64,000 bases of DNA from the human T2T-CHM13v2.0 reference genome, Homo sapiens. The stretch lies in assembly GCF_009914755.1 (NCBI RefSeq), contig NC_060932.1; one strand, given 5' to 3'. Below are positions 38,724 through 53,603 of the stretch, in pieces. The stretch's first letter is position 1, and each line of letters starts with the position of its first letter. Below the pieces are notes generated by a model. That model worked only from the letters and a program-made list of their open reading frames with translations. It was not told where the DNA came from and did not search any database. Made by a program: the position numbers and the translations under genes.

Positions 38724-39145
38724 TGTTAAAAGAAAAACTTAAGACAAATTAAGTTTAACAGAGTTAAAATGAGCAAAGAATGATTCCTGAATCGGGCAGC
38801 CTGCTGAACTAGATGGGTTCAGAGCAACTCTAGTACTGTTGCATAGTTGAGAAGGACTTAGGGACAGGAAAAGGAAAGTGATGACCAGAAAACAGAAGTG
38901 AGGCACAGAAACAGCTGGATTGGTTACAGCTTCGCATTTGCCTTATTTAAATAGAATTTGAACAGTTGGCCGCCTGTCAGTGGTTGAAGTATGACTGCTG
39001 TGATTGGTTGGGACTCAGCTACTTGTTACCAGAATAGATTACAGACGGTTTACACATCCAATTAGGTTACAGTTCACTGTGTGAAACCTTCAGGCTGGAC
39101 TTAACATAGGAAAGGAGGCTGCTATACGCTAAACTTACTGTAACA
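38724..39145 (-). mobile_element. MER57-family solo LTR (ERV1)
   Basis: TG…CA termini, 4-bp TSD CTTA (38720-38723, 39146-39149). Minus strand has GTGAACTGTAACCTAA…CCAATCAC…GGCGGCCAACTGTTCAAA. Confidence 0.85.
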
Positions 39146-39162
39146 CTTACTTAAAAAGTCCT

Positions 39163-39496
<334 letters not shown>

Positions 39497-41524
39497 TTAT
39501 CTTTATTCCAAATAATAGCGGGAATTCAAATTTATATTAGGTGAATGTGATTGCTAATTCTTTGAGAAACCTGTTTATCAAATTGGAGACAAAATTAACT
39601 CCTTGGTCTTAGGTTTAAAAGTCATTAATAATTTCAATACTTGATGTTGTACAAATTGGAAACTTGTGCTTCTTTCATATGTCTTTACATTTGGAGCTCA
39701 AAGTCCTTTTTCTTTAGTACAACTTACAAATCCAAGCAAGCTATGCCAGTGGCTGTATAATCAGGTCCCTGAAGAGTAAAGAGTCTTAGAGCGACATAAG
39801 ATTTACGTAAAGAGAAGAGAGTGAAAACAAAAACATAGCTCCAATATTTTTTGGAGTGGTACAGCATTGTGATTTGAGTTTTCATCCGCTCTGCTACCCA
39901 TGTTCCCCAAACCACAAGCGCCATTTATTTACTTAGTTAGTTAGACAACGATGATAGTGAAAAGTATGTTTTCCAAGGTGGAAAAATATAGGTCTGACTC
40001 CTGAAATTCTAATTTTGGTGATTCCCAAATTCATGGTATGGTGTTGAGCAGCCATTTCATCCTGCTGTGTCTTTTTCCTTGCCTATACATTGAAGAGATA
40101 GGTAAGGCCCATCTTTTAATGTGTTAATGTAGACTAAGGCTTTTTAGATATGTAGGAATTGATGTCTTTGAATGGTAACTGAATCCTTCCAGGAAACAGA
40201 AAGTCTATTCTCTACTTAAAACCTATCTCTGTTCTTTTATTTTTTACCTTTATCCTTATTCCAGCATTTAACAACCATTTAAAATGAGTTTTTCCTTGTT
40301 AATAGAATTTAAGCCTCTTTCCTCTTGTTTTTGCTCTGCTGGAGAAAAGAAATGTGGAGACTGTTTTTTTTTTTTTCTCAGAAAAATTGGAGTGTCTCAC
40401 CCCATTGCTTAGAAAAGATTAAATGGTTGAAAGTGTTACATACTAACACTTGGTGATATTTGACTATCTTGGTACAGTTTAGATCAAAGGATGTTTATGT
40501 AAATAATTCCAACCAAGCAATTGTTGAGAAAATGTATATTTAGTTGGGCAATATCTTTAATTTTTATCATGTTCATTTACCTTCTAATCCACAAAATGTG
40601 ATAATTTTCAATAGTCCTCATCATCATTAGTGTAAATTAGCAAGTAAGTTTCTCCGGTCTGTGATTTCTTATTGATAGAAAAAAGTCGAGATTGCATTGC
40701 TTAATAAAAACTAGGCAGGGTAGCACAACCAATAGGAAGCTAGAATACTATAGAATACCATGCTTCATTCAAAGAGTTCAAAACAAAGCAATGTACTAGG
40801 AGTAATCAGGTTGATGGAAAAATTGTTCCCTGTAAGAAGATGCAGTAACTCTTTCATGCCACTAGGGTATTAATATTAGGGGGAAAGAAGCAACTGATTA
40901 GAATCCCAGAAGAGCTGTTAAATCCCAGGAGAGAATCAGGTAGGTTAAGCCAGTCATTGTACCTTCTTTCCTTTTCTTCTATCAAGTTATGGTAACTTTG
41001 GAGCAACATAATAGCTATTTTTATTTATTTTTTAACTCTTGAGAGGAAGAGATTTTATTTAAAATGTCGTAATTTCTCCTGAATGTCTAAATTAATTCAA
41101 TTTTCCTTTTATTATCTCCTTAGCAAAAACAGAGATAGCAATAAAATATTCATTATCTAGCATCCTTTCCTGTTTAGGAAACTGAGTCTGAGATAGGCAA
41201 AGCAATTCTCTCCAGGGTACTCTGAATTTGAATAAACTACCTGACCCTGGAAAGAGGGTTTCATTCTCTTAATATTTTGTTATTTTTCCGTCACTGTACA
41301 GAATTTAAAAGATTATTAGCCAAGTGCATGGAAGAAGTAGGCTAATATTTTCATATTTTCAACTCCAGTCTGAGCCCTGTTGCTTTTTAACCAAGGAAAC
41401 TTGGGCTCCACCTACTTGTACTAGTTTGTAAATATAATTATTCATATGTAACAGTCAAATAAATATAAAGATAAATTCATATTGTCAAAAACATCTACAT
41501 TACCTACTGCTTTGAGCTTTGTGG

Positions 41525-41700
41525 AGGCAGCATGAAGAGGTTTGGGGTCGTGGTTTTAAAATTGAATCTAACATTTATCACGTTTGTGACTTTGGAAAGA
41601 TTATTCCATTTTTCATATGCTGGTTTCCTCCTTCGAAGTACAGAATAGTAAGACTTATCTACATTGTTGAAAGACTTAAATGAAACGGTGCATGTGCTCT
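41525..41700 (+). mobile_element. MIR (degenerate)
   Basis: gaggcagcatg…tgtgactttggaaag…tttcctc core. Confidence 0.5.
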
Positions 41701-43256
41701 CTTGGTGTTCTCTTGCTTCTTCGGCTATATGCTTTGTTGTAATTGACTAACCTTACATTTATTGTGTGCATCTACTCTTCCACAATACCTTTAAATACAC
41801 CCAACCTAAGTAACAACTTTATCTTGAAACGATTAGATAGAGTTAACCAATGTCAGAGAAGTTGACAGTGGAAATGTACTCAATCACCCTCTTGCTTTTG
41901 CTTTTAAAATCAAATACATGTTTAACCTATTTTATAAAAATCAAATTGGCTGCTTTTTTCATTATTTAATCAGAATAATAGATGGACACTTTGGCTATTT
42001 GGTAGACATAGTTGCTGAAAATATTGCTTATGAAAATTATATTGTGACTGGGTTACATCCACAAATTAATTTACTAAATAGAGGAAAATCATCAACAAAG
42101 AATTTGTTTATACAACTAAATTGTTTATAATTCAAAATGAATTCAAACATAGAGTCCTGTATCTTCCAGAAAAAAATATTCCACTCAGTATTTCTGCTCT
42201 TGGAGAACTTGTTATAAATAAACGGTTTTAAATGAACATTTCTTATATTTTTCATACAAACTCCTTTGTTAGCCTACCATGACAAAACCTGAGATTGCTT
42301 TAAAGGATAATTACGTAACTATGAACTTTCAAAGACTATACACATTATTTACACAGCAGACAGTGCTGTTTTTACAAACTATTGCATTTGAGGGGGTAAA
42401 TAAATGTTTGGAACATAAAAAGCTTTCACACTTCTAGACTTAAGAGTATTTACGTTAAAAGTTCACTTGGTTGGCTGGCTGATTCGATTTCATAGAATTA
42501 CATTGTATCTAGGCTAATATACACTGTGTTAGAAGTACTCCTTTGTGTATGAAAAAAATATTCTGCATGTCTTTTTGTGGTGTCAGTAAAATTTTAGTAT
42601 AAGTAAAAATATTGTACTACTTTCATGTTAGTTCTATCAGACTAACCAAGAAAATATATTTATTTGGCATAAGCATGTTCTTTTCATTCACGCTAATGGC
42701 TGTCTGTGAAAGAACGTACATATACGGCATCTTTTGATCAATCTAATGAAACTCAGATCCTTTGATCTTGTAAATGACCTCCTTGGGTAGCTAGGAAATG
42801 TAAGTGGGCAAATGAGTTGCTGTGTCCAAACTGGTTGAAATGCCTAATATTAAAATCAGTCATTCTCTTATCTACAAAATATTGTCATTTATTGTATCAT
42901 CTGCTGACTTTTACTCAACATTAACCTTTAAAAATGAAAAAAAAAAACCCTTGATTATTTTTTTCTATTGCATGCATAGTCTCTTTGCTAAGAATTTCAA
43001 ATATCTTGGAACTATAGATGTTTTGTTGGTAGATATTGTTTCTCAAAACTGTTAAAACTCAGCTATAGACTGGATCAGTATCAAATATGTGCTTTCTTTT
43101 AAGTCACAACTGTATTCACAAGCTCTAAAAAAAATCCCCTATTTTACACTGCTTATGGATAATGTAAACATTTATGCAGAGCAGCGATTTCATTGGAAGA
43201 GCAGTTAGGAATAAAGATGCCAGTCAGATGGCTTTTTAAAAAATATTACAATTTTA

Positions 43257-43570
43257 GGCCTAGTGTGGTGGCTTAAGCCTGTAACCCCAGCATTTTGGGA
43301 GGCCGAGGGGGCAGATCACTTGAGGCCAGGAATTCGAGACCAGCCTGGCCAATATGGCAAAACCCCAACTCTACTAAGAAAACCCAAAAATTAGATGGGT
43401 GTGGTGGTGGTCACCTGTAGTCTCAGCTACTCAGGAGGCTAAGGCACGAGAATCGCTTGTACTTGGGAGGCGGAGGCTGCAGTGAGCCCAGATTGCACCA
43501 CTGCACTCCAGCTTGGGTGACAGAGTGAGACTTTGTCTCAAAAAAAAAAAAAAAAAAGAAAAAGAAAAAA
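43257..43570 (+). mobile_element. AluS (old, Sz/Sx-like)
   Basis: Full dimer with A-rich tail. Confidence 0.92.
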
Positions 43571-43699
43571 TACATAAAATTTGGAATTTCTTATTCATTT
43601 TTGTTTAAAAATGGAATATTTTTGTAATACAAATTATGGTAAATATTAAAAACAGAAAAATCCCCCTGTAATTCCACTTCATAATGTTATTTACTGTTA

Positions 43700-46080
43700 A
43701 TTTTTTAGGGTACTTCCATCCTTTAAAATTATTCATATTTTTTATGTGTATATAATCACAATGATACAAAATGAATATAAGATGCTTCTTCGACTAAAGG
43801 CATTTTGTAGACTGCTTACCGTGTAAAACAAAAGGGTGCTTGATCTTTTTGAGAACTTATTTCATGTTTTTCCACAAGCAACATCCCAGTTAATGTTCTT
43901 TGCTATTATGTCTCAATAAACATCTTTGTGCATATACCTTTGTCCTATTATTTTTGTAATATATTTTCAGAAATAAACTGCTAAATTAAATAGTATGTAA
44001 TTTGGAAAGATATTGAGATGGCTGTCCTGAAAGTTATTTTCACACTACATTTCCATAAAAAATATATGTGTCTGTTTTTTTGCATCCTTGCTAGCACTTT
44101 ACCTTAAAATATTTTAAAACATTTTAAAACTTTTTAAAACTGCAAATTTGTCAGGTTGAAAGACAACAGAATTTTGATATTTTTATAATAACTAATGAAA
44201 AATTTTTCCTGCAGTCATTTGTTTTTCTTATTCAGTAAATTGCTTATTTTTAATCTCTGCCTAATTTCCTAATAGGGTATTATATATTATGATCATATTA
44301 CTAAATAATATAATATTAGGGTTTTGTTATAGGACATCATTCATTATATACTATGAATGTTGTTTGTCTATTGTATATATTGTGATATTTTTCTGTTTAC
44401 TTGTTTTTAAATTTTATTCATAATGTTTTTGTCTTATAAAAGTTTAAATACATAGTTACATTACTTTATGGTTTCTGTATTTTTTATTACCTAAGAAATA
44501 ACTTTTTGCTTTTCTTCTTCAATATTAAAATACGATTCCCCTTTGTTTTATTATAATAATTTTATTTTTAAAATTATTTAAGTTTTCATATACCTGGATT
44601 TTATCTGAGACACACAAAACTTTAATTCCAAGTGTTCAGCCAGCTGTTTCAAAGTTGTTATATGTATCTATCCTTTTTCCCCACTGATTTGAAGTGCCAC
44701 ATTTATAATACAAAGGTTTTCATACATTTATGGATCTCTATTTTATCTTTTACATCTATTTGTCTTTTTCTGTGCCAATGACATATTGTTTTAATCACTA
44801 TAGCTTTTTATAAATCTTGCTGTTCAGTAGAACAAATTCTCACTTATTTTTCTTTGTCTACAGTGTCTTGGTCATTCTCACAAATACATTCTTCCTTAGG
44901 AAATTAATAATCAGTTTGGTAAGTTCCATTCTCCCCATTATTTCTATAGGGAACTACAGTGCATTAAATTTATAAATTATGTTGGAAAAAACTGACATCT
45001 TTACAAAATTGAGTCTTCCCATCTAAGAATCCGTATGTCATGAACTTTATTTAGAAAGTCTTTTTATGCCCTTCAGTAAACTTTTATAGTGTTCTTCACA
45101 GAGATTTTATAGTGGTATAGTTTTTTTTTAGGTTCATGTTTAGGAATAATATAGTTTTTATTTTTTATAGGACTATGAATAGGGCTGTTCCATTCAAACA
45201 TCTGATTATTGCTAACGGGATTTACTAATTTTGTGTACTAATATTGTAATTTAGTCATCTACTACGCTTTGTTATTGCTAAGTTCTTCATTTGGTGCTCT
45301 CAATTTTCTTGGATAGATAATTATATCATTTGCAAATCCTGATAATTTGCTTGCTTGCTTTCCTATATTTACCTCTCTTCTTTTTCTTGACTCATTGTGT
45401 TGACTGGAAACTTCAGAGCAATGTCAGGTAATGGAAGTGACAGCAAATATTCTCGTTTTCTCTTTGACTTGAATAGAAGTGCCGCATTTTCACCATTAGA
45501 GATGATGATGCTTTCTTTTTTCTGTTAGTCTGAATCACTTTAAGGAAGCTCTATTCATAATACAGGGATAGATATATTTTATGACTTTCTATCATCTATA
45601 GAAACAAATGTATGGTTTTAATCTATTGACATATCAATATAACAAACTAAAGTATTAGATTTCCTAAATTGTGTAATCCTTGTTTTCTTGGAATAAAGTC
45701 AGCTTGGTCATGTGGTAATAGGTTTTTGATATAATTTTGGATTTGATTTTCTAGCATTTTCATTAGAATGATTTTCATTGCACTCTCAAATGATATCACT
45801 TTATAGTTAGTGTGTGAGTGCATGCTTACACGTAGACATGCAAATTTGACTAGTTTTTAGAATTAAGGTTATAGTAGTTTCATAAAATTAATGAAGTCTT
45901 CTTGGTTTGCTGCTGTATGGGAAAGGCAGATCTTTGATAATATTCTCCTTTATTCAAGTCATTATATCAAACTTGCCATTTGTTACTCACATCTCCTTTC
46001 TCTATCAAATTCTCAGGGAGGTCTGCCAAAATTTCCAGTTGTGCTTGTGGTTTTCTTTCTTGCATTGATTATAGTTTTTT
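43700..46080 (-). mobile_element. Very old L1ME-like antisense fragment
   Basis: ttccccactgatttgaagtgccac and ctgacatctttacaaaattgagtcttccc motifs. Confidence 0.7.
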
Positions 46081-46099
46081 CTTATAAATTTTGACTAAT

Positions 46100-46512
46100 T
46101 GTTTGGAGCAGAAGTGTAATCTCAGCTTGGCTTGCAGGATTTCAAGGGCAAGTCATTTCTAGGAAGTGTAGGTAGCGGCATGGGGAATTGGTAAAGAGAA
46201 GGTAGGAAAGCCAGTAAAGGATGCGTTAGCAAGCATTTGTCATTTTGAGCAACTGCAGCTTAATCACTCTGGGACAGTTGTGGGAGCCAGTGTAGAAAAC
46301 ACATTTCAGAGTTATACTGTCCAAAGAATGAGAGAGCTGGTGGATTTACGGACCTTCTCTTATTATTTAACTTGTTGAAGGCTACCAGGGGTAGGGCCTG
46401 CTTCATCTGTAGTCTGAATGGGCTCTGGCAGAGAAAGATAGCATTAATTTTTTTTTTCTTTAATTTCAGTTGAAGTCAGGCCCACATAGGGGAGAAACAA
46501 CATCTGCTACCA
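46100..46512 (-). mobile_element. ERVL LTR (LTR33-like)
   Basis: gagaaggtaggaaagccagtaaaggatgcgtta…gcaactgcagcttaatc…catctgctac. Confidence 0.55.
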
Positions 46513-47989
46513 GCTTTCACAATTTTAATAGGTTTGTAATGCTTTGTACTTATAATTCATTCATTCGTTTCTTGAGTAAATGTTCACTTTCACTCAAGAG
46601 TGATAGTTTGACATATCATACATAATTCTAGGATCATAATCCTTTTCTTGAAGAATTTCTCAAGTTTTGATTCATAAACTTGGTTTTCAGAGCAATACTC
46701 TTTCTGCTAATCATTGCTTCTATTGATTTATCTAATCTGTCAATCAATTTTCTAATTATTAAAAAGTGTTCTCCTTTTGCGCTCTTTTGTAGCAGTTTAC
46801 TCTCAAAAAAGCAATATTATTTTTTTCAAATCTCATTGAGAATTCTAATTAGAACTTTTTTAAAGTTCTGTCCTGTTTCCAGAATTAGCATATTCACTAG
46901 TAGTTATTTCTTCTGATCACCCAGTGTGGTCAATTTCTTTTTTTGCCTTCTGTATTTTCCCCCCACATTTTTGGGAAACTTCTGTTGTCTGGTCATTATT
47001 AATAATGATTAAAACGATGAATTTAGATTAATTGATAATAAATGTTGGCAGGCATGCTGTCCCTTGGCAGCTATGTGGATTAGTAGTTATAGACTGTGTG
47101 TTTTCAAAGAGAATAAGATTTTTTAAAATTGTGCAGACATAATATTGTCAATTTTTAAATTTGCAGTATAAGTTAATTGAGAAGCTTCTATCTACTATTA
47201 TCACAGATTTATAAAAGAAAGAACATCTTAATTTCTCTGAAGTAGGAAAATATAAAGTACAGTCTTAAATAGAAATCTGGCGGTATACATATGTAAGGGC
47301 AATGATCTTTATTTTCTCACTTCCATACAGATTAATGGCAGCTTTTTCTCTTGTGGGCATTGGGAGACAATGTAGTCTAATTTTTGCCCTCGGCCTCATC
47401 TTACACTTGCCCACTTCAAGAGTAGTTGTGGATATTTTCAGGTGGCAAAACTCCACTTTATTTTGTGTGCTGTCCATACCAAGGGACCCCTGAGTGCAAA
47501 CACTGTGGCCACACCCTTTATCTAAGGGGCCCTGGTGGGTGTCCTGAAATCCTTCAATTTAGTCTCTCCAGTTGCATCCCAAAGCCAGTTTTGGTCAGGA
47601 AAAGTACTCTCTTGACTTCATAATTTTTTTCTGCAGTCTCTTCCATCAGCTAGGGAATACTACCCTTGAAAATGTTTTCCATTTCCCTTTTGTGACTCAG
47701 CCTTAGGCTTATAAGTGACAGTTTACTCTCTAGGTTCGGTCAAATATTTATTGCTCTTTGTTAATAGTTTTTAGAGTTGTCACATGAATGGGGCCTTTCT
47801 TGGCTTTAGCATTGTTGAAAGAATATTAGGTTCCCTTTGTTTATTTTGGTGGATATTGTTGAGGTGTTTTTACATCCTGTAGCCACTTTTACAAGTTACC
47901 TAGATTTGGCCTTCACAGTTACCACGAATGAATGTAGTAGATATTTTAGGTAATCAGTAGGAAAGAAAAGAGAAAGGAAACTTACTGTT

Positions 47990-48210
47990 ATTGAATTACT
48001 ACTGGGCACAGGAACTGTTAGAATTTTTAATTCTTCTGAAACTCTGTAAGGTAGTCATTGTTGAGGTAGGAATTATTACCTTTGACAGAGGGAGAAATAG
48101 TGGCTCAGAATGTTTAAGTACCTTGTTTGTCATGTAGTTAATTAGAGGCAGAACTTGGATAGAACATAGGTCTGTCTGGCTCCTCAATCCATATATTTTT
48201 TCAATACTTC
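47990..48210 (-). mobile_element. MIR
   Basis: ttgacagagggagaaatagtggctcagaatgtttaagtaccttg core. Confidence 0.7.
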
Positions 48211-49449
48211 ACTACTTTTTCTAATGAATTTATTGAGCAGCCCTAATTCTTTACTGCATATTTAATGAGGACCCAGCCAAATAATTATTAATGACTTACT
48301 TGAAAGCTATTTTTTAAATAAGGTTTGGCTATCTTAGGTTCTTAATCAGAAATACTGATCAAATTTTTTCTTTCATTACAGCTCCTAGCACAATAATGAT
48401 TTAAAACCAATGGGATGTTTTCAGTTATTTTTAAAAAAAATTCATGGAAACTGTAAGCTCTGTTCTTAGAAAAATTTACATACACACAAAATTTTATCCA
48501 TACTTTCAGGGACTTCAGGAATTCAGGATGTCTGTCAATGTATCCCAGGATAAAATCTTGTCTTAGAAGAAAGGGATGGTCACATTTGGTCAGTTTTTTT
48601 TGTATGACATAATGTCGACCTTGAGACTAAATGTTTAATGATATATAAGGCTCTTTCTGAATTTAAGAGAAGATATTCTTGGATCCTGGTAGCTAACAGA
48701 AAATGTAACTTTCAAGACCTTTTTTTTTTTTAAATACAGTACATAATATGTTCTGTCTTTTGGAGACAAACTGTGTGTGTGTGTGTATGTGTGTAAAACA
48801 TTTTTCATATATTTATAATATTTTATCAAATTTATTTTTTTACTCTTTTTTACTCTTACTTGGGTTCTCCAAGCTGAATACCTGGCCTTTCCTTAAGGCT
48901 TTATCTCCTGGGCCTTATTGGTCCTGAATGTTTACATGTTAAATGATAGTTGAATTTGAAGACCATGCAGATAGTTCATTGTGATTCAATAATTTATTTG
49001 CTAGTTTGTCTCCCTATTTGGAGAAGAATGTCAGAAAGCCAATCCTTGCACATTGTTTCTCATGGAATGAAATAGTCTGATATTTTTTATGCATGTATCT
49101 GGATTTGTAAAAACTATTGTGTAGGATTTGTAAAACAAACTCTCTTCAGACTGTTTTTGGCTATGTGATGAAAAAAATTATTATTTGTTTTAATGGATAA
49201 GAATAATGTTTTGATCTTTATTCTATTAATTTGTGAGTCAGGTTATATAGGCCATGATTGACATATTGTTCTTGATTAAAATTCCTTTAACACATTGAAA
49301 TATTTCAATGTATGCTGATGATAGTATGTTAATGTAACATTGATAAGTTATTGGATAAATTCATTTTTTCACTATTTCTTTGAATGTCAAGCAGTACTTT
49401 CAATGGATAGTGGCCACACATAACTGATGTACTTAAGAATTTATGAAAT

Positions 49450-51990
49450 CAGGCTCTGCAGCCCAATCTGAGGTGAGATGTAGGGAAGTTGGACAAGGGA
49501 CTGAATTTATGTGATGTAAAAACATGACCCACCATAAGCCAGAATGTTGTTCTGACTTTTGTTTAGACTGAACAATATTTTAAACATTATAGGAATTTGT
49601 TCTGAACCTGTAAAAGTTGGGTGGTTTTATAGAAAATTCAGGTTTTGCCTTTCATTGGAGAATCAGAAGATCTGACGTCACTAGGCTCAAATTCAGTAGC
49701 AGAGTGAATGTAGTTTCCTTTTTGCCCTCCTAATAAAGAGACTGAATTTCAGTTGCCATATATTATTGCATTTGTATTGTCATGTTCTTTTGCAGAAAGA
49801 AAGATGATTTCTTTTACAAATACCTTATCAAAGAGAGAAAACAAATAATAATCTAAGAGGAGAGCATATGGCAGAGAGCATATTTCTTTCCAAAAGTGAA
49901 GATTATTCCTATCTGTTTAATATACAAAATGTGTTTTTTTTTAAAAATACAGCTTTTAATACTATTATGTAAGCAATCACAATAAGAAATATGATTGATG
50001 AATGGAAACCTTGTTTGATGAGAAACATAATGATTTGAGAAAAGGTTCTGAAATTTTTTTTAGTTGGTTTGCTTCTGAATTTTAAAATATCTGAGTCATA
50101 TTGCTATCAATTTTTCTAGTATTACCTACAAAAATTACCTTGGCATCAGAAACTCCTTTTATAGATGGGGAGTTTATCAAAGAGTATAAAGACACAGAAA
50201 ATTATGCGTCTTAAACATAAATAATTGTTTAGATTGGCAAGTTCATTCCAACTTGAAATATGAGCTCAAGGTCTTGAAGAAACAGCTAAGAAGCTAATGG
50301 AGAAGTTGAGGGAAGAAGTTAAAATATTTGTGTCATGTTTTATTGCAGCTGATGAAAACCGAGATAAAACAAGTATCACCTGGTTAGATACATTTATATG
50401 TGTTATAAATGAAACTTAATAACTTTTGGAAATAAAGCCCATGAGAGGTACAACATCAGAAAACAGAAGACTTGTTGAAACAAGTCTTGCAATGCTTAAT
50501 GAAGATGGGGCAAGAAATACCAGGGAGTGACTCTAGCTGGAACCTCTGTGGAAGTCTGTGTTAACATCAAACTCCTGGGATAAAAATCGCAGGGGGTAAA
50601 CTTTGGAGGAATACATTGCAATTTGCCAGGAATTACTTTGTACTAAATGGTGGGGAAAAAAAAAAAGACTCTGACTTGGTTGGGGTAAGTGACACTCAAG
50701 CTGGAAATACTTCTGTGGCTTGAAATGTAGATAACTCAGTGTTTTACTTTATGTGCTAGAAGCACTGTTCAGTAAGTCTTCTGTTGTATTATGCAGAGAC
50801 TAGTGACTCAGTTGTACCACTTTAGCTGTGCTGTTGAAGAGACTTTTGTGTTTTTAAGAGTGAAAGAAATTGACTGACTCATGCCATCTTGGGAAAATCC
50901 TTGCTTCATCTTCAGAGACTAGTGGATACATCTTAGGCTTTTGGGTTGATGTTAAAATATATCTATATACCTTGAAATGACCTTCACAAGTGTTTAAAAA
51001 TGACTTAATGTGCCCATTTTAGGCAAAATTGAATCTTAGGGAAACCCATCTGACAAGGAATATTGGTTTATATTCTTCTGATGAAGTGGTTTCCACAGGT
51101 GAAAGTTATGGCTTAAACTACGTTCCCTCTGATATTGAAGTTGAGACTGAATTCTAGAAAACACTCTCTGTTTTCAAAGTTTATAAAAATAAGCTAACAT
51201 TCAGTTTTAATTAACATAAGCTTTCTCAATTAATTTTAATCATGCAAAGAAAGAATCTTCTGAATTGCAGAAATATGTCACTAAAAACTAAATAGAAGGT
51301 CTAAAATACTAAAATTCTACAAATATCTCTGTGCAGCAGTTTTATTAATGGCAAAAAACATTGTACAAAGATATTATACATGTCCAGATATATATATGTT
51401 TGTGAATAGCTATTTTCTGAATAAAACTCAGTCAAACTCTCTACTAAAAGATTCAAGGCTAAATTCTGTACTGCATGTACCAAGTAAAATATGCAAGCAG
51501 ATGTGGTCATCTTGGTGTGAAAGAAAGAAGCAAGAATTAGAAAAAAGAAAATTAATCTTAGCAACTTCTGTCTTTTCATGTGTATGTCTAATGCACAATT
51601 TAAAATATAATCTCCACTATAATACATGTTTGCATTATTATATTTTTGAGCCATAATTTAGTAAAAATTAAAAAATGGTAATCTTTTTAGCAGCTGATAC
51701 TTCAAAAACAAACACCTGGTTTACTTTCCTTTTCTACTTCTACCTGTACTATAGGCATTTGGATTTGAGACCCTTAACTCAGTGATTTGCCTTAGCAAAT
51801 GACAAGAAGAAATCTGGCTTTGCTGTCTACATGCTTTTAAAATAATGAGTGGAAGCTGATGATGACTGACTTCTCTGGCTGGGTATAGACAGATTACTAT
51901 ATTTGGCATGACAGTAGTCTTTGGCTAGGTAGAGACTATTTATTTTTTCATTCACCTTTTCTCAGAATTCTAAAATTTTTGGTGCCCCTT
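49450..51990 (+). mobile_element. Ancient hAT (Charlie/Buster-type) DNA transposon with fossil transposase
   Basis: Collinear motifs PFIDGEFIKE (~50155), FIAADE (~50340), KPMRGTT (~50435), HC/ICQELLC (~50615), YVCE*LFS (~51395). Boundaries approximate. Confidence 0.75.
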
Positions 51991-52359
51991 TCAAGAGGCT
52001 ACCCATTTTAAATAATTTAGAGCAAGACTTGAATAAAATGTAAATAAATATTATATTATGTTCCCAGCTAAGATAAGCATATTCAACTTTTGTGTTTTCT
52101 AAAAAATATACATATAGTCATGTTCTTAATATTATGACAGTATCTCCTGTCAAAGTTGTTTGTGCTTAATTGTCACAATTATTGATAGCAATTATGATTT
52201 TCTTGATTAGAATATAAACTCCAGAAGATAGTATTTTTAAAAACATCAACTGACTTCAAATACCTAATAGATGGCCTGGTACATAATAGGCACTCAATAA
52301 ATGTCTGTTCAAATATTATTTCAAGGATGACTGGAGCAAAATCCAATGTTTGAGGAATA

Positions 52360-52712
52360 TATATTAGTCACGCTAGGGTAAGTTGTGTTGTTGGTAACAA
52401 CCAACCTCCAAATTTTGGTGACTTAATGTACAAAAGTTTATTTCTTGCTCTGCAATGTGTCATCATGGTTGACAGAGGGCTCTGCACCAGGATTGATGGA
52501 GACTATGCTCTTGTAGCAGTATTATCTAGATTAGTGGTCTCCACTTAGATGTTATAATAATGGAAGAGAGAGACTGGAGACTCATGCATAGCCTATTTTG
52601 CACTTGTTTATTTGGCTAAAAGTAGTTATATGTCTTTACCTAGATGCAAAGAGGCTGGGGAGCATTGGAGAGCAAATAGAATATTTAATGAAGATTACTA
52701 TCTCTGTCACAA
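52360..52712 (-). mobile_element. MLT1 (MaLR) LTR, old subfamily
   Basis: tattagtca…gtaacaaccaacctccaaattttggtgactta…tttatttcttgctc…ctgtcaca. Confidence 0.65.
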
Positions 52713-52929
52713 CATGGTAAGCAAACTAGCAACTAATTCTTACCTGCAGTTGCTGCATGTAGCTTCTAGAAGTGTTGTCAGACCCTTTGGTACAAATGTC
52801 CGTGTATATAACAAGAAGTTCATTCCCTAAAATGACTATAAGCCTGACCGCTACGTACATCATGCACTAGGGTATCCTGAACATTCACAGTTGTGTCACA
52901 TTGTTTAAAGTGATAATTTAGAGTGCTCT

Positions 52930-53026
52930 TTGTTTTGTAAATTTTTAATTTTCATGGGTACATAGTAGGTATGTTTATTTATGGGGTACATGAGATGTTT
53001 TGATACAAGCATGAAATGTGAAGTAA
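52930..53026 (-). mobile_element. Short L1MA 3' end
   Basis: gggtacatagtaggtatgtttatttatggggtacatgagatgttttgataca. Confidence 0.75.
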
Positions 53027-53603
53027 TCTAGAAGGCTTTTTGAATTATTTTGATTAATAGTACCACATGGACAAATGGTCTCTGACACAGGTAGTAGATC
53101 CTGTGGGAGGCTAAGAGGATGGGTCTCAAAAGTGGGCCCAGAAGTAAATTCTGATATATTATCCCTCTTTTGTTCAAGAAGTTTCTTCTTTCTGCCCTGA
53201 AATAAGTTCTTTGGAAGTAGGCTGTATATAAGTTATTTCTAGTTATGAATCACTGTATTGGTTCTGCCAAGAATGCCAGGGTTACCCTCCACATTGAAGT
53301 TACTACTATAACTTATGAACAAAGTAAGTGAGAGGAGGCAAAGATCTTCCTTCTATGTGTTTTGCAGGAAAGGCTTCTCAGAGGAGATGTCATCTGAGCT
53401 AACTTTTGAAAATAGATACTTTTTATTTGTGAGCAGATAATATTCCAGTGCAGAAAGGAGCACTGTGAGGTATAAGGGGAGAAACCTGACTAAAGTCAAG
53501 AAGGCATGAAAGTACATGACATTTCTGGGAACAAAGGAGAACACCAATGGGTTAAAACATGAGGTTCTTGTGAGGGAAGTGGTATAAAATAAATAGAGAG
53601 GTG

